From Candidatus Latescibacterota bacterium (GTDB taxonomy: Bacteria; Latescibacterota; UBA2968), in assembly GCA_965205975.1 (NCBI GenBank), contig OZ242195.1:2784001-2848000 (forward strand): a DNA stretch of 64,000 nt, given 5' to 3'. This document shows, in pieces, positions 9,851-18,336 of this stretch. The notes under the pieces are model-generated. The model made no database searches and was not told where the DNA came from. It saw nothing but the letters and a program-made list of their open reading frames with translations. Position 1 is the first letter of the stretch. Every line of letters starts with the position of its first letter. The position numbers and the translations under genes were made by a program.

Positions 9851-11523
9851 CGTTTGAACCTGTACATGAAGAATCGAATGCCTACCAGAAGCGCGCTGCC
9901 AATGCCGGCCAGCACATAACCCTCCATACTTCCGATACCGCGCATGAAGAACCGCGCCGCGACCACGAATAGTAGAATCAGCACCACGGCAAACGTGAGA
10001 TCGATCTGCGCTCGCGCGCCGGTGTGGGATACATCCCTGACCGCGGATCGGGTTACCGCCGGCTCTTTGCGAAGCCGCTCCATGATCTCAATGATGGCGC
10101 GCGGATTGCCAGCACTCTGTTGTAATACGCGGGTCTCGGTCATGGGATAGTCTTCTATATGGGCGCCAGCGGCACACTGCCGGATCAACTTCTTGGCGTC
10201 CGCGGTCGAGAGATGCTCGATTTCCACGCGGTCGAATTTCCAGAAGTGTTTTTCGTAAGGCCTCCGTACTTCTGGCAGAGCAGCGATAATGGTGAACTTG
10301 CGGTTGAGTTTGTCGATCAGCCGCCCGACGGAGCTCGTCATATCGGATAGGTCATCCACGATTAACACGAACTCGTCTTTCTCCACTGAGCCGAGTACCA
10401 TATCTGTCCAGCCCTGGATGGTCGTGCGGGCGTGTTGCTTTTTGATGGTTTCAAAGGGAATGGATGCCCCGGGCGCGATATTGGGAACTGAGTGATCTGT
10501 TTCAATAGCATCACCTCCTTCGGTTGTGTGTGATTGGTTGTTGTCTTGATCTGCCCCAACATCAGCAATCAGAGTCTCCCCCTTCATCTCCGCTTGCTGT
10601 TGCCGTGCCCGGGGCCTCTCCCCTTCCTCTTTGTCCGGACCATCCGGACATAGCCTTCCTATTTTGTGCAGCTCCTCTGCAATATTTATCAGGGCCTCTT
10701 TCGCCGGTGAAAGCGTCTTCACCCTGAGCACATTTTCAGCCTCGAGCAGCGCGAGCAAATGACTTTTGCCCACTCCGATCGGGCCGAGCACCAGGGTATC
10801 AATGCGCTTGCTCAAATTGTCTTTGAGCTGGCGCAATTCCTCATCGCGTCCCACTGTCTGCAGTACCCCGATATGCAAATGCTTTCTCGGCTGCGCGAAG
10901 AATCTGTAATCGCGGTTCTTCTGGCGCGACCACCACCGCGACAACCGCGACCTGCGGTCGATGCGGTCAACAGAATGCCGCTTTTGTTCGGCACTCACAG
11001 AAATGTAGATGGACGACGTCTCGATGGACGCATGCCCCATCAGGTCTTTGATGCGCTCGACCGGCACATTTCGATCTGCCAGGTCCGTGCCGAAGGTGTG
11101 CCTGAGCATGTGCGGATGGACGTGGCGGATCCCCGCGCGCTGCGCGTAGGTCTTCATAGCCGCCCACACGGTCTTGCGGCTGAGACGCTGCCCGTTGCGG
11201 AGATTGCAGAAGACATAAGGAGAATCCGAAAAATGCCGGGACTCCAGCCACTCTCGGAGCACGTCCTGAACCTCGAGGTTCATCGGGACAACCCGCTCTT
11301 TGCCGCGCTTGCCCGTGAAGCGAAGACTCGGTGTGCCCGTTGACCAGTGGATATTGTCAACCGTGAGTGAACACGCTTCGGATACGCGCAGACCACACCG
11401 CGAGAGCACGGCGATCAGTGCACGGTCGCGCGGGTTCATGCGTACGGATTGGAGTGCTTCAAGCTCGTCTTGCGCGAGCGCTTTGGGGAGTTTCTGTATG
11501 GATGATCGTGATGTCATAAGCAA
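9847..11523 (-). CDS. Tyrosine recombinase catalytic domain fused to a P-loop ATPase and two C-terminal TM helices
   Basis: GLRVSE, GKRGK, HPHMLRH, LMGH...SIY; then VGRDEEL, GPIGVGKS, LIVDD, GNPR; two hydrophobic C-terminal segments. Confidence 0.85.
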   Translation of the reverse strand: MLMTSRSSIQKLPKALAQDELEALQSVRMNPRDRALIAVLSRCGLRVSEACSLTVDNIHWSTGTPSLRFTGKRGKERVVPMNLEVQDVLREWLESRHFSDSPYVFCNLRNGQRLSRKTVWAAMKTYAQRAGIRHVHPHMLRHTFGTDLADRNVPVERIKDLMGHASIETSSIYISVSAEQKRHSVDRIDRRSRLSRWWSRQKNRDYRFFAQPRKHLHIGVLQTVGRDEELRQLKDNLSKRIDTLVLGPIGVGKSHLLALLEAENVLRVKTLSPAKEALINIAEELHKIGRLCPDGPDKEEGERPRARQQQAEMKGETLIADVGADQDNNQSHTTEGGDAIETDHSVPNIAPGASIPFETIKKQHARTTIQGWTDMVLGSVEKDEFVLIVDDLSDMTSSVGRLIDKLNRKFTIIAALPEVRRPYEKHFWKFDRVEIEHLSTADAKKLIRQCAAGAHIEDYPMTETRVLQQSAGNPRAIIEIMERLRKEPAVTRSAVRDVSHTGARAQIDLTFAVVLILLFVVAARFFMRGIGSMEGYVLAGIGSALLVGIRFFMYRFKR

Positions 11524-11572
11524 CTCTGGGGGTTAATGGATTAACACATACTTTCTACGGTATTGGGGACGT

Positions 11573-11600
11573 ACCTGACATAATTCGTATTATGTCTATA
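11573..11600. other. dif-like tyrosine-recombinase site (11-6-11)
   Basis: ACCTGACATAA-TTCGTA-TTATGTCTATA; inner CATAA/TTATG geometry as in E. coli dif; ~50 bp upstream of the recombinase fusion. Confidence 0.65.
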
Positions 11601-11637
11601 TCTTTTTCTGCCTGAAATCCCGATAAACCGGGTATCT

Positions 11638-12276
11638 TCACGGCCCTTGTATCCCCAGGCGGATGAGGATCAAAGCCACCGTCAGCGCAATGCCGTTGAC
11701 ACCTGCGTGAATCGCCGCGGTCGTCCAATACGCGCGCTTGCGGCCAAACTGACGCATGTGCAGAAATACAACCGCCAGGAAGAAGCCAGCACCAACGGTC
11801 GCAACAAACCCGTACACCCCGGCGTGCAGATGAAAGACGCCAAAGAGCACGGTCGAAAACCAGACCGCAACAACGGGCCTGTGTGTCACCTTCATGGCAA
11901 GCCAGATCGGGAACCACTGGTTCATCAACGTCTCGATAAGCGGTGCCAAGAAGATCGCCGCGATGAATGTTATCCAAAACCCGTTGTCGGCAATCATCGC
12001 CCTCGGGTCAATGGCTTTAGCAGCGGGATCATCGGCAATCGAGTAAAACGGCATGGCCTCGAGCATGAATCCCAGTGCCATATCTACGAGCGTCGCATAG
12101 ACCGCGAAAATGGCAATCATCGCTGGCGCAGAGAGACTGAGGACGCGCTGAAAGTGCTCTCGAATCACATTATCTCGGGATCCGAAGACATCGAGGACGT
12201 CGCGTGTAGAGTGGGATTCTGGCGGGACTGTACGGGATGGTACTGCTGGACGGGTTGCGAGTGACTGGTGAACCAT
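11638..12276 (-). CDS. CPBP/Abi (CAAX-type) intramembrane protease
   Basis: APLIETLMNQ, FGVFH, AIHAGVN; multiple TM helices. Confidence 0.8.
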   Translation of the reverse strand: MVHQSLATRPAVPSRTVPPESHSTRDVLDVFGSRDNVIREHFQRVLSLSAPAMIAIFAVYATLVDMALGFMLEAMPFYSIADDPAAKAIDPRAMIADNGFWITFIAAIFLAPLIETLMNQWFPIWLAMKVTHRPVVAVWFSTVLFGVFHLHAGVYGFVATVGAGFFLAVVFLHMRQFGRKRAYWTTAAIHAGVNGIALTVALILIRLGIQGP

Positions 12277-12336
12277 GGGAATGCCCTCCTGAATGGGTTT
12301 GGAACTGAAAATTTTGATCGTGTGCCCTTTATATAC

Positions 12337-12353
12337 TGCAAAAAGCGTGCCAA
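12337..12353 (-). promoter_or_regulatory. Sigma54 promoter for the CPBP gene
   Basis: Minus strand reads TTGGCACGCTTTTTGCA. Confidence 0.85.
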
Positions 12354-12430
12354 AATTTGCCCAAAACCCCGTAACTGCTTGCAGGAGAGCGTGTTTTTAA
12401 AAAATGCCCAAAAATGGACATGCCGAAAAG

Positions 12431-12488
12431 TGTGTCAAATGAAACAGTTGGTGTTTCAAATGAAACAGTAAGTGTTTCAAATGAAACA
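12431..12488. promoter_or_regulatory. Three palindromic activator sites, 21-bp period
   Basis: TGTGTCAAATGAAACA (12431), TGTTTCAAATGAAACA (12452 and 12473). Confidence 0.75.
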
Positions 12489-12530
12489 GTTTGATTAGAA
12501 TTAAATAAGTGTTCTATTAGGGAGATTACA

Positions 12531-12562
12531 CAAAAAATGCCCTGAAGAACACAGGGCATTTT
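12531..12562 (-). terminator. Intrinsic terminator ending the RiPP/sugar operon
   Basis: AAAATGCCCTG / CAGGGCATTTT stem with 7-nt loop; T-tract on the minus strand. Confidence 0.75.
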
Positions 12563-12604
12563 GGAAGGTATTTATGGTATTGGTGCTCGGATGAACACTG
12601 ATAA

Positions 12605-13570
12605 TTAGAGAATTTGTCGCTGTCTCTTTTCTAGGAACCATTTTGCAAAACTTTCAATACCTTCTTCAATATCCACTTTAGGAGTAAAATTATACAGTCT
12701 TTTAGCTTTTGAAATATCCGCATACGTTAGACAAACGTCACCGGGTTGTTCAGGATATTGATCAATAACGGCTTTACACTTCAACGCATCCTGAATTATT
12801 TCAAGAGCATAGCTCAACTTAACAGTTCTCGAGTTACCAAAATTGACGATCTCAAAAGAATTTGGATATTTGAGTGCTGTGGCCAGACCATCTACAATAT
12901 CAGAGATGTAAGTATAGTCTCGTTGGGTACTTCCATCACCAAACATGCGTATAGATTCATTTGATATCATTTGTCTTGCAAAAATATGAAATCCCATATC
13001 TGGACGTTGACGAGGTCCATAAACCGTAAAAAAACGGAAACAGGTAATAGGAATACCAAATAAATGATGATATGCATGGCAGATGAGCTCAACACTTCGT
13101 TTTGTGGCAGCATAAGGCGATATCGGTTTGTCTGCTGTATCTGTTTCTTGAAAAGGTACCTTATCAGAATTTCCATATACAGATGAAGATGATGCCACCA
13201 AAAGATTTTCAATTCCCAACTTGCGGCAAGTTTCGAGCACTGTGATAGTGCCACCAACATTGACATCTTCATAACTCAGGGGAGTTTCTAAAGATGCTCT
13301 TACACCTGCTCGAGCTGCCAGGTGGACTACTTTTTTGATTTTGTGATTCTCAAACAGAACTTCAAAAGCATCTCGATTTCGGATATCCCCTTCAACAAAA
13401 GTATAATTGGGAAGATTCAGAACTTTAGAAATATTATCTTGTTTTATTTTTCGCGAATAACTGTTATTTAAATCATCGAAGACTACGACTCTTTCCCCTG
13501 ACTCAAGTAGTTTTTCTGCCAGATGGGATCCGATAAAGCCAGCCCCTCCTGTAATAAGTACGCTCGACAT
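12605..13570 (-). CDS. NAD-dependent epimerase, UDP-uronate 4-epimerase-like
   Basis: GGAGFIG, HLAARAGVR, SSSSVYG, PISPYAATK, RFFTVYGPRQRPDM. Confidence 0.9.
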   Translation of the reverse strand: MSSVLITGGAGFIGSHLAEKLLESGERVVVFDDLNNSYSRKIKQDNISKVLNLPNYTFVEGDIRNRDAFEVLFENHKIKKVVHLAARAGVRASLETPLSYEDVNVGGTITVLETCRKLGIENLLVASSSSVYGNSDKVPFQETDTADKPISPYAATKRSVELICHAYHHLFGIPITCFRFFTVYGPRQRPDMGFHIFARQMISNESIRMFGDGSTQRDYTYISDIVDGLATALKYPNSFEIVNFGNSRTVKLSYALEIIQDALKCKAVIDQYPEQPGDVCLTYADISKAKRLYNFTPKVDIEEGIESFAKWFLEKRQRQIL

Positions 13571-13591
13571 CGCGTTTTCCTCCTTTCCGTG

Positions 13592-14938
13592 CTATAGTTT
13601 AAAGACGTGATCTTTCTTTCCAGATACAGCCTGCGTGGCATTGCGCGTATCGACAATACAGCGCGCGTGCTTGACTATCCATTCGTAGTCCCAATCGCTG
13701 TGATGCGTCACAATGACCACACAATGGGCTTCTGTTAAATGTTTTTTATTTAAAGAAGTACTCTTCAAGTCCAAACTTTCCGTCTGCAAGTGATCTACAA
13801 ACGGATCGCAATACGAGACTTTCGCCCCTTTCTCCTGAAGCATTTCTATAATATCCAATGCTGGTGACTCGCGAATATCGCGCACATCGGGTTTGTACGT
13901 CACGCCCAATATCAGGATGTTCGAGCCTTTCAAACACCGCTCGTGTTCGTTGAGTGCGTCGGTGATTTTATCGACCACATACCCTGGCATGCTGCGCGTC
14001 ACTTCGCTGGCCAATTCGATAAAGCGCGCATTGTAATTCAAGGTCTTCAGCTTCCAGGCCAGAAAGTGCGGATCAACCGGGATACAATGCCCGCCCAACC
14101 CAGGACCGGGATAAAATGGCATGAATCCAAACGGCTTGGTCGCTGCGGCATCGATTACTTCCCAAACATCCACTCCCAGGCGGTCACACATCAGGGCCAC
14201 TTCATTGACAAGACCGATATTTACACTGCGAAATGTATTTTCCAGCAACTTGGTCATTTCAGCAGCCTGAGTCGATGAGACTGATACGACTTCGCCGATC
14301 GATTGTCGGTAAAAATGTGTGCCTATTTCTGTGCAAGACGGGGTAATACCACCCACGACTTTGGGCGTGTTGGTGATGGTATAAACCCTGTTGCCCGGAT
14401 CGACGCGCTCTGGGGAAAATACCAGAAAAAAGTCTCGACCGACCTTCAAGCCACTTCCTTCGAGAAGGGGCAATACCAGTTCATGGGTCGTACCTGGATA
14501 CGTCGTGCTCTCCAAAATCACCAGTTGTCCACGGCGCAGTCGGTCTTTGATTGCATTACAGGCTTGTACAATAAATGAGACATCCGGGTCGCGTGCTTTA
14601 TTTAAGGGTGTGGGCACACATACCACGACTACATCGGCTTCATTGAGTGCGTTGCATTCTTGTGTTGCTGTCAATTTTCCTACAGTTTTAAGACTTGTCA
14701 CTTCAAATTCCGATACACCCTGCACATCGGACTTTCCCGATTCTACCAGATCTACTTTGCGCGCCGATGTATCGATTCCCGTGACGGAAAATCCCACCTT
14801 GCCCAATGCCACAGATAAAGGCAATCCCACATATCCTAATCCCATCACTGCCACCTGTGCCTCGTGTGACGCGATCTTCTCCTCCAGAATCTGTGTGGAA
14901 TCGACGCTTCCCCAGGGTAATCTTTCTGTCAGGGCCAT
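13592..14938 (-). CDS. Nucleotide-sugar dehydrogenase (UDP-GlcNAc/ManNAc 6-dehydrogenase, WbpA/WecC family)
   Basis: GLGYVGLP, ESTTYPGTT, SPERVDPGN, GGHCIPVDP, DIRESP. Confidence 0.92.
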   Translation of the reverse strand: MALTERLPWGSVDSTQILEEKIASHEAQVAVMGLGYVGLPLSVALGKVGFSVTGIDTSARKVDLVESGKSDVQGVSEFEVTSLKTVGKLTATQECNALNEADVVVVCVPTPLNKARDPDVSFIVQACNAIKDRLRRGQLVILESTTYPGTTHELVLPLLEGSGLKVGRDFFLVFSPERVDPGNRVYTITNTPKVVGGITPSCTEIGTHFYRQSIGEVVSVSSTQAAEMTKLLENTFRSVNIGLVNEVALMCDRLGVDVWEVIDAAATKPFGFMPFYPGPGLGGHCIPVDPHFLAWKLKTLNYNARFIELASEVTRSMPGYVVDKITDALNEHERCLKGSNILILGVTYKPDVRDIRESPALDIIEMLQEKGAKVSYCDPFVDHLQTESLDLKSTSLNKKHLTEAHCVVIVTHHSDWDYEWIVKHARCIVDTRNATQAVSGKKDHVFKL

Positions 14939-14983
14939 TGTGTCATCCTCCCATAGTAAATCTATTTGATTTTCAGGACAGGA

Positions 14984-16066
14984 TTAACTTTTTAATACAG
15001 CAACAATTCGCTCTGCGGTATTGCCGTCCCACAACTCGGGCAAGCGACCGAATTTATAACGCCCATTCAAAACAGATTCAGCCTCTGCAACAATGCGTTC
15101 GGGACAAACGCCCACCAGTGTATTCGTCCCAATATCTATCGTCTCTGGGCGTTCTGTATTCTCTCTAAGCGTCAAACACGGCACACCCAAAGCCGTTGTC
15201 TCTTCTTGCAATCCGCCAGAATCTGTCATCACACATATTGCATTCTTCTGAAGTTTCAAAGAATCGAGATAGCCCACCGGATCCATAAGTTTGATATGAT
15301 CCATCATCTCAAGCCTTTGCAAAAAACCGAATTGAGACAGGCGATTGCGGGTTCTCGGATGCAAAGGCCACGCAATTGAACATTTGAGGGCTTGCAACGC
15401 GGAGACAATGTCGGCCAACGTATCTGGACAATCGACATTTGAGGCGCGATGGAGGGTTAGAAAAACGTACTCTTGAACTGACAAACCGTGTATATCCAGG
15501 ATGCGGGATTCATCGGCTTTGGGAGATAGTAACATCAGGGAATCGATCATCACATTGCCCACAAAATGAATGCGGTGATCTTCTATGCCTTCGCGCCTCA
15601 GATTTTCACACGCCTGCTTCGAAGGCGCAAACAATAGATCAGATATGGCATCCACCACGATTCGATTGATCTCTTCGGGCATCGACCTATCCCAACTTCG
15701 CAACCCCGCCTCTATATGTCCAACGGGAATTTGCAATTTTGCTGCATCCATCGCACATGCCAGAGTGGAATTGACATCACCAACGACAAGAACCCAATCC
15801 GGCCTTTCCAATGACAAAACCTCCTCAAACCCCATCATGATCTGCGCTGTCTGATACGCGTGACTGCCCGACCCCACATTTAATTCATAATGAGGTATGG
15901 GAAGATTTAAGTCTCGAAAAAAAATCTCGGACATCCGATCATCGTAGTGCTGTCCCGTATGCACCAGAATCGGATCAAATAAATCGGGTACCTCAATCAG
16001 TTGATTCCACAGTGGGGCAACTTTCATAAAATTGGGCCGCGCACCCGCAACAAGGATAATTTTCAC
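14984..16066 (-). CDS. wecB: UDP-N-acetylglucosamine 2-epimerase (non-hydrolysing)
   Basis: GTG start after GAAGGAG; GARPNFMK, HTGQHYD, HIEAGLRS, MPEEINR, TDSGGLQEE, NTERP. Confidence 0.92.
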   Translation of the reverse strand: MKIILVAGARPNFMKVAPLWNQLIEVPDLFDPILVHTGQHYDDRMSEIFFRDLNLPIPHYELNVGSGSHAYQTAQIMMGFEEVLSLERPDWVLVVGDVNSTLACAMDAAKLQIPVGHIEAGLRSWDRSMPEEINRIVVDAISDLLFAPSKQACENLRREGIEDHRIHFVGNVMIDSLMLLSPKADESRILDIHGLSVQEYVFLTLHRASNVDCPDTLADIVSALQALKCSIAWPLHPRTRNRLSQFGFLQRLEMMDHIKLMDPVGYLDSLKLQKNAICVMTDSGGLQEETTALGVPCLTLRENTERPETIDIGTNTLVGVCPERIVAEAESVLNGRYKFGRLPELWDGNTAERIVAVLKS

Positions 16067-16079
16067 CTGTATTCTCCTT

Positions 16080-16859
16080 CTATTTAGAGGCTTCCGCCTG
16101 CCAAATCGGATACCGTATATCTGCCCGCTGCATCTCTCGTTGTAACCACTGATTAAACAGATGTTTGCGGATTTCCTTTTTAATCCTCTCGTCCAGCGTT
16201 GCTGGATAGAGTTGCTGTACCAGGTACAGCGCAAAGCCTTTTGATACTTTTTCTGGTCTCAAAATTTCACTCGGTGAAGCAGCAAAAACACGCGCAGCAA
16301 TCCCCTTTGGCAACTGCTTGCGCCGAACACGACCCAAAAAGCCACTACCTGATCGCGTATGTGCATCTTGAGAAAACCGACGCGCCATCGCGTAAAAGTC
16401 CGCACCATCTTCTCGTATCTGCAAATCAACCTCGTCAATCACACCCTTATCCGTGTGAAAAATCCAGCAAATCTCCGCTTCGTCAAATTCCAGTGTGTGC
16501 TGTGCAAAATAGGATTCGATCTGTCCTTTGGCAATCTTCTCAGACAGCAAATACTCCAACCGCCTCACCTCGGCATCTTCTGTCACATCCTGAAGTGTAA
16601 TACCTCGCTTTGCAAGATAGGCCTCTGTATCTTCCACCCGTTCCAGGCGATGTTGATACCGCCAGTCATCTACCCTGCGCTGAATATCTTCCTGTGCTGC
16701 ACAAACACCCTCGCGCCGGGCGAGTTCCCGGATCAATTCCCTGCGCGCAAACCCATCAAAGAAACGCAGATTATCAGCAACACCCATCTGCCGCACGATA
16801 TGGCGCACTGATACCTCGGTACCATTGACCCAAATCAGTGTCGCATCATCTACCATCAC
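16080..16859 (-). CDS. PpiC/parvulin-like peptidylprolyl isomerase associated with the peptide exporter
   Basis: ADFYAMARRFSQD...GSGFLGRV rotamase motif; overlaps the HlyD stop. Confidence 0.8.
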   Translation of the reverse strand: MMVDDATLIWVNGTEVSVRHIVRQMGVADNLRFFDGFARRELIRELARREGVCAAQEDIQRRVDDWRYQHRLERVEDTEAYLAKRGITLQDVTEDAEVRRLEYLLSEKIAKGQIESYFAQHTLEFDEAEICWIFHTDKGVIDEVDLQIREDGADFYAMARRFSQDAHTRSGSGFLGRVRRKQLPKGIAARVFAASPSEILRPEKVSKGFALYLVQQLYPATLDERIKKEIRKHLFNQWLQREMQRADIRYPIWQAEASK

Positions 16860-18238
16860 AATGCCCCCTCTTGCACATCGTACTTCGCCGACTCGTAAAG
16901 CTGTCGCAAGGGAGAAAGCAACATCAGCAAGATTGATTGGCGATCTGTCATCATCTCAGCCGTGCCCTTCATACCAAACATCAGAGGTTTATCATATCCT
17001 TTCACACGCATCGTATTTTCTTCTAACTCAACAACGCACTTAAATATCGGACCAATACGTTCATCAATCACCGCATCTGGCGAGATGGATGTAAGCCACC
17101 CGCGTTTGATGCCAAAATCCTGAAAAGCATACGCATCGTATTTCAGCTTGACCAATTGCCCGGGCTTGAGCAAGCCCACATCTTTATTCAACACCATCAC
17201 TTCTGCAACCATCGGCGCTGAGGCCGGTGCCAGTGCAACCAAAGGTTGCCCCTTACTGATCACCTGTCCCATCGCATTCACCATCACCTGTGTTACAATC
17301 CCCGATTCAGGTGCCAGAATCAAATCTGACTCAGCTTCCAGGGTGCGATCAATGCGTTTGCGCGCCTGTTCCAATCGCAATTGTGCAGTCTCATAAGCGT
17401 GTTGCATCTGCGACGCCTCCCGCTCGTGAGCAATGCGCGCCTCCAAAATTTGACGCTTGAGATCCTGCACAGCCATTTCATTCTTGTATATCTCTGACAT
17501 ACGCGAGGGAAGCGCGGACAGAGCACTCAAATACTGCACGCGCGCGCGATTCATATCTGCCCGGCTGATCAATTCGCGCTCAAACAGCGTCTTCTGCTGC
17601 AAAAACTCCCCTTTCAAGTGATCAATCTCAGCCTGACGAAACCCAATCTGCGCTTGCAACCCCACGTCAGAGGTTTTGGTTTTCGATCCTACAACACCGG
17701 CCACATCGCTTTGATAATCTTCCAGCGCATCCCGATGTGCCTCCATAAACCGCTGCAAAACAGAAAGACGTTGTTCCAATGCCCCTATCGTCTCTCGATT
17801 CAACCTCGCCCTTTGTGGCAACACCGTCTTGAAATCGTACTCTGCCTTTTGAAAAGCCATTTCAACCTGCTCCCATTCCCGCAACTCTCCCCAGGTCTCC
17901 CAGGATTTGAGCTTGAACAATACCCGCCCTTTCTCGACATGATCCCCTTCTTTCACGCCAATCAACTCGATCTCACCGCCTCGCTGTGCCTGCATTGTCT
18001 TCACCTGTCCGAGGGGCACAAGCCGAAAAGGTGCTGATGCCACCACATCCACCTCGCCCCACCACGCCCAAGTAATGGCAACAATCATAAATAGCAGGAT
18101 AATATAGAGCAATGCACGACCCCAAAAGGGTCGCAAAGACCTCATAAACGCATGCACCTCCTCTGCGGCGTCATCTTGTCCCTGAATTACACCAGGAGAC
18201 ATTGTCTCTGCTGGTGTCTCTAAAAGCGGTTCTGCCAT
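16856..18238 (-). CDS. HlyD-family type I secretion adaptor
   Basis: N-terminal TM helix, VKEGDHVEKG, coiled coil, KDVGLLKPGQLVKLKYDAY. Confidence 0.92.
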   Translation of the reverse strand: MAEPLLETPAETMSPGVIQGQDDAAEEVHAFMRSLRPFWGRALLYIILLFMIVAITWAWWGEVDVVASAPFRLVPLGQVKTMQAQRGGEIELIGVKEGDHVEKGRVLFKLKSWETWGELREWEQVEMAFQKAEYDFKTVLPQRARLNRETIGALEQRLSVLQRFMEAHRDALEDYQSDVAGVVGSKTKTSDVGLQAQIGFRQAEIDHLKGEFLQQKTLFERELISRADMNRARVQYLSALSALPSRMSEIYKNEMAVQDLKRQILEARIAHEREASQMQHAYETAQLRLEQARKRIDRTLEAESDLILAPESGIVTQVMVNAMGQVISKGQPLVALAPASAPMVAEVMVLNKDVGLLKPGQLVKLKYDAYAFQDFGIKRGWLTSISPDAVIDERIGPIFKCVVELEENTMRVKGYDKPLMFGMKGTAEMMTDRQSILLMLLSPLRQLYESAKYDVQEGAL

Positions 18239-18254
18239 TATGAGGCTCCTTAAA

Positions 18255-18278
18255 AGCAATCAGCAGTCAGCTATCAGC
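18255..18278. repeat. Short intergenic heptamer tandem repeat (AGCnnTC)
   Basis: AGCAATC AGCAGTC AGCTATC AGC. Confidence 0.5.
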
Positions 18279-18336
18279 CCGCCCAACCACACCACCCTAA
18301 AACTACACCACCTTACTCACCCCAGTCTCCAGCCCC

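Noticed and set aside
12431..12488. CRISPR array
   Set aside because: 16-bp repeats with 5-bp spacers and no cas genes; position fits activator binding sites.
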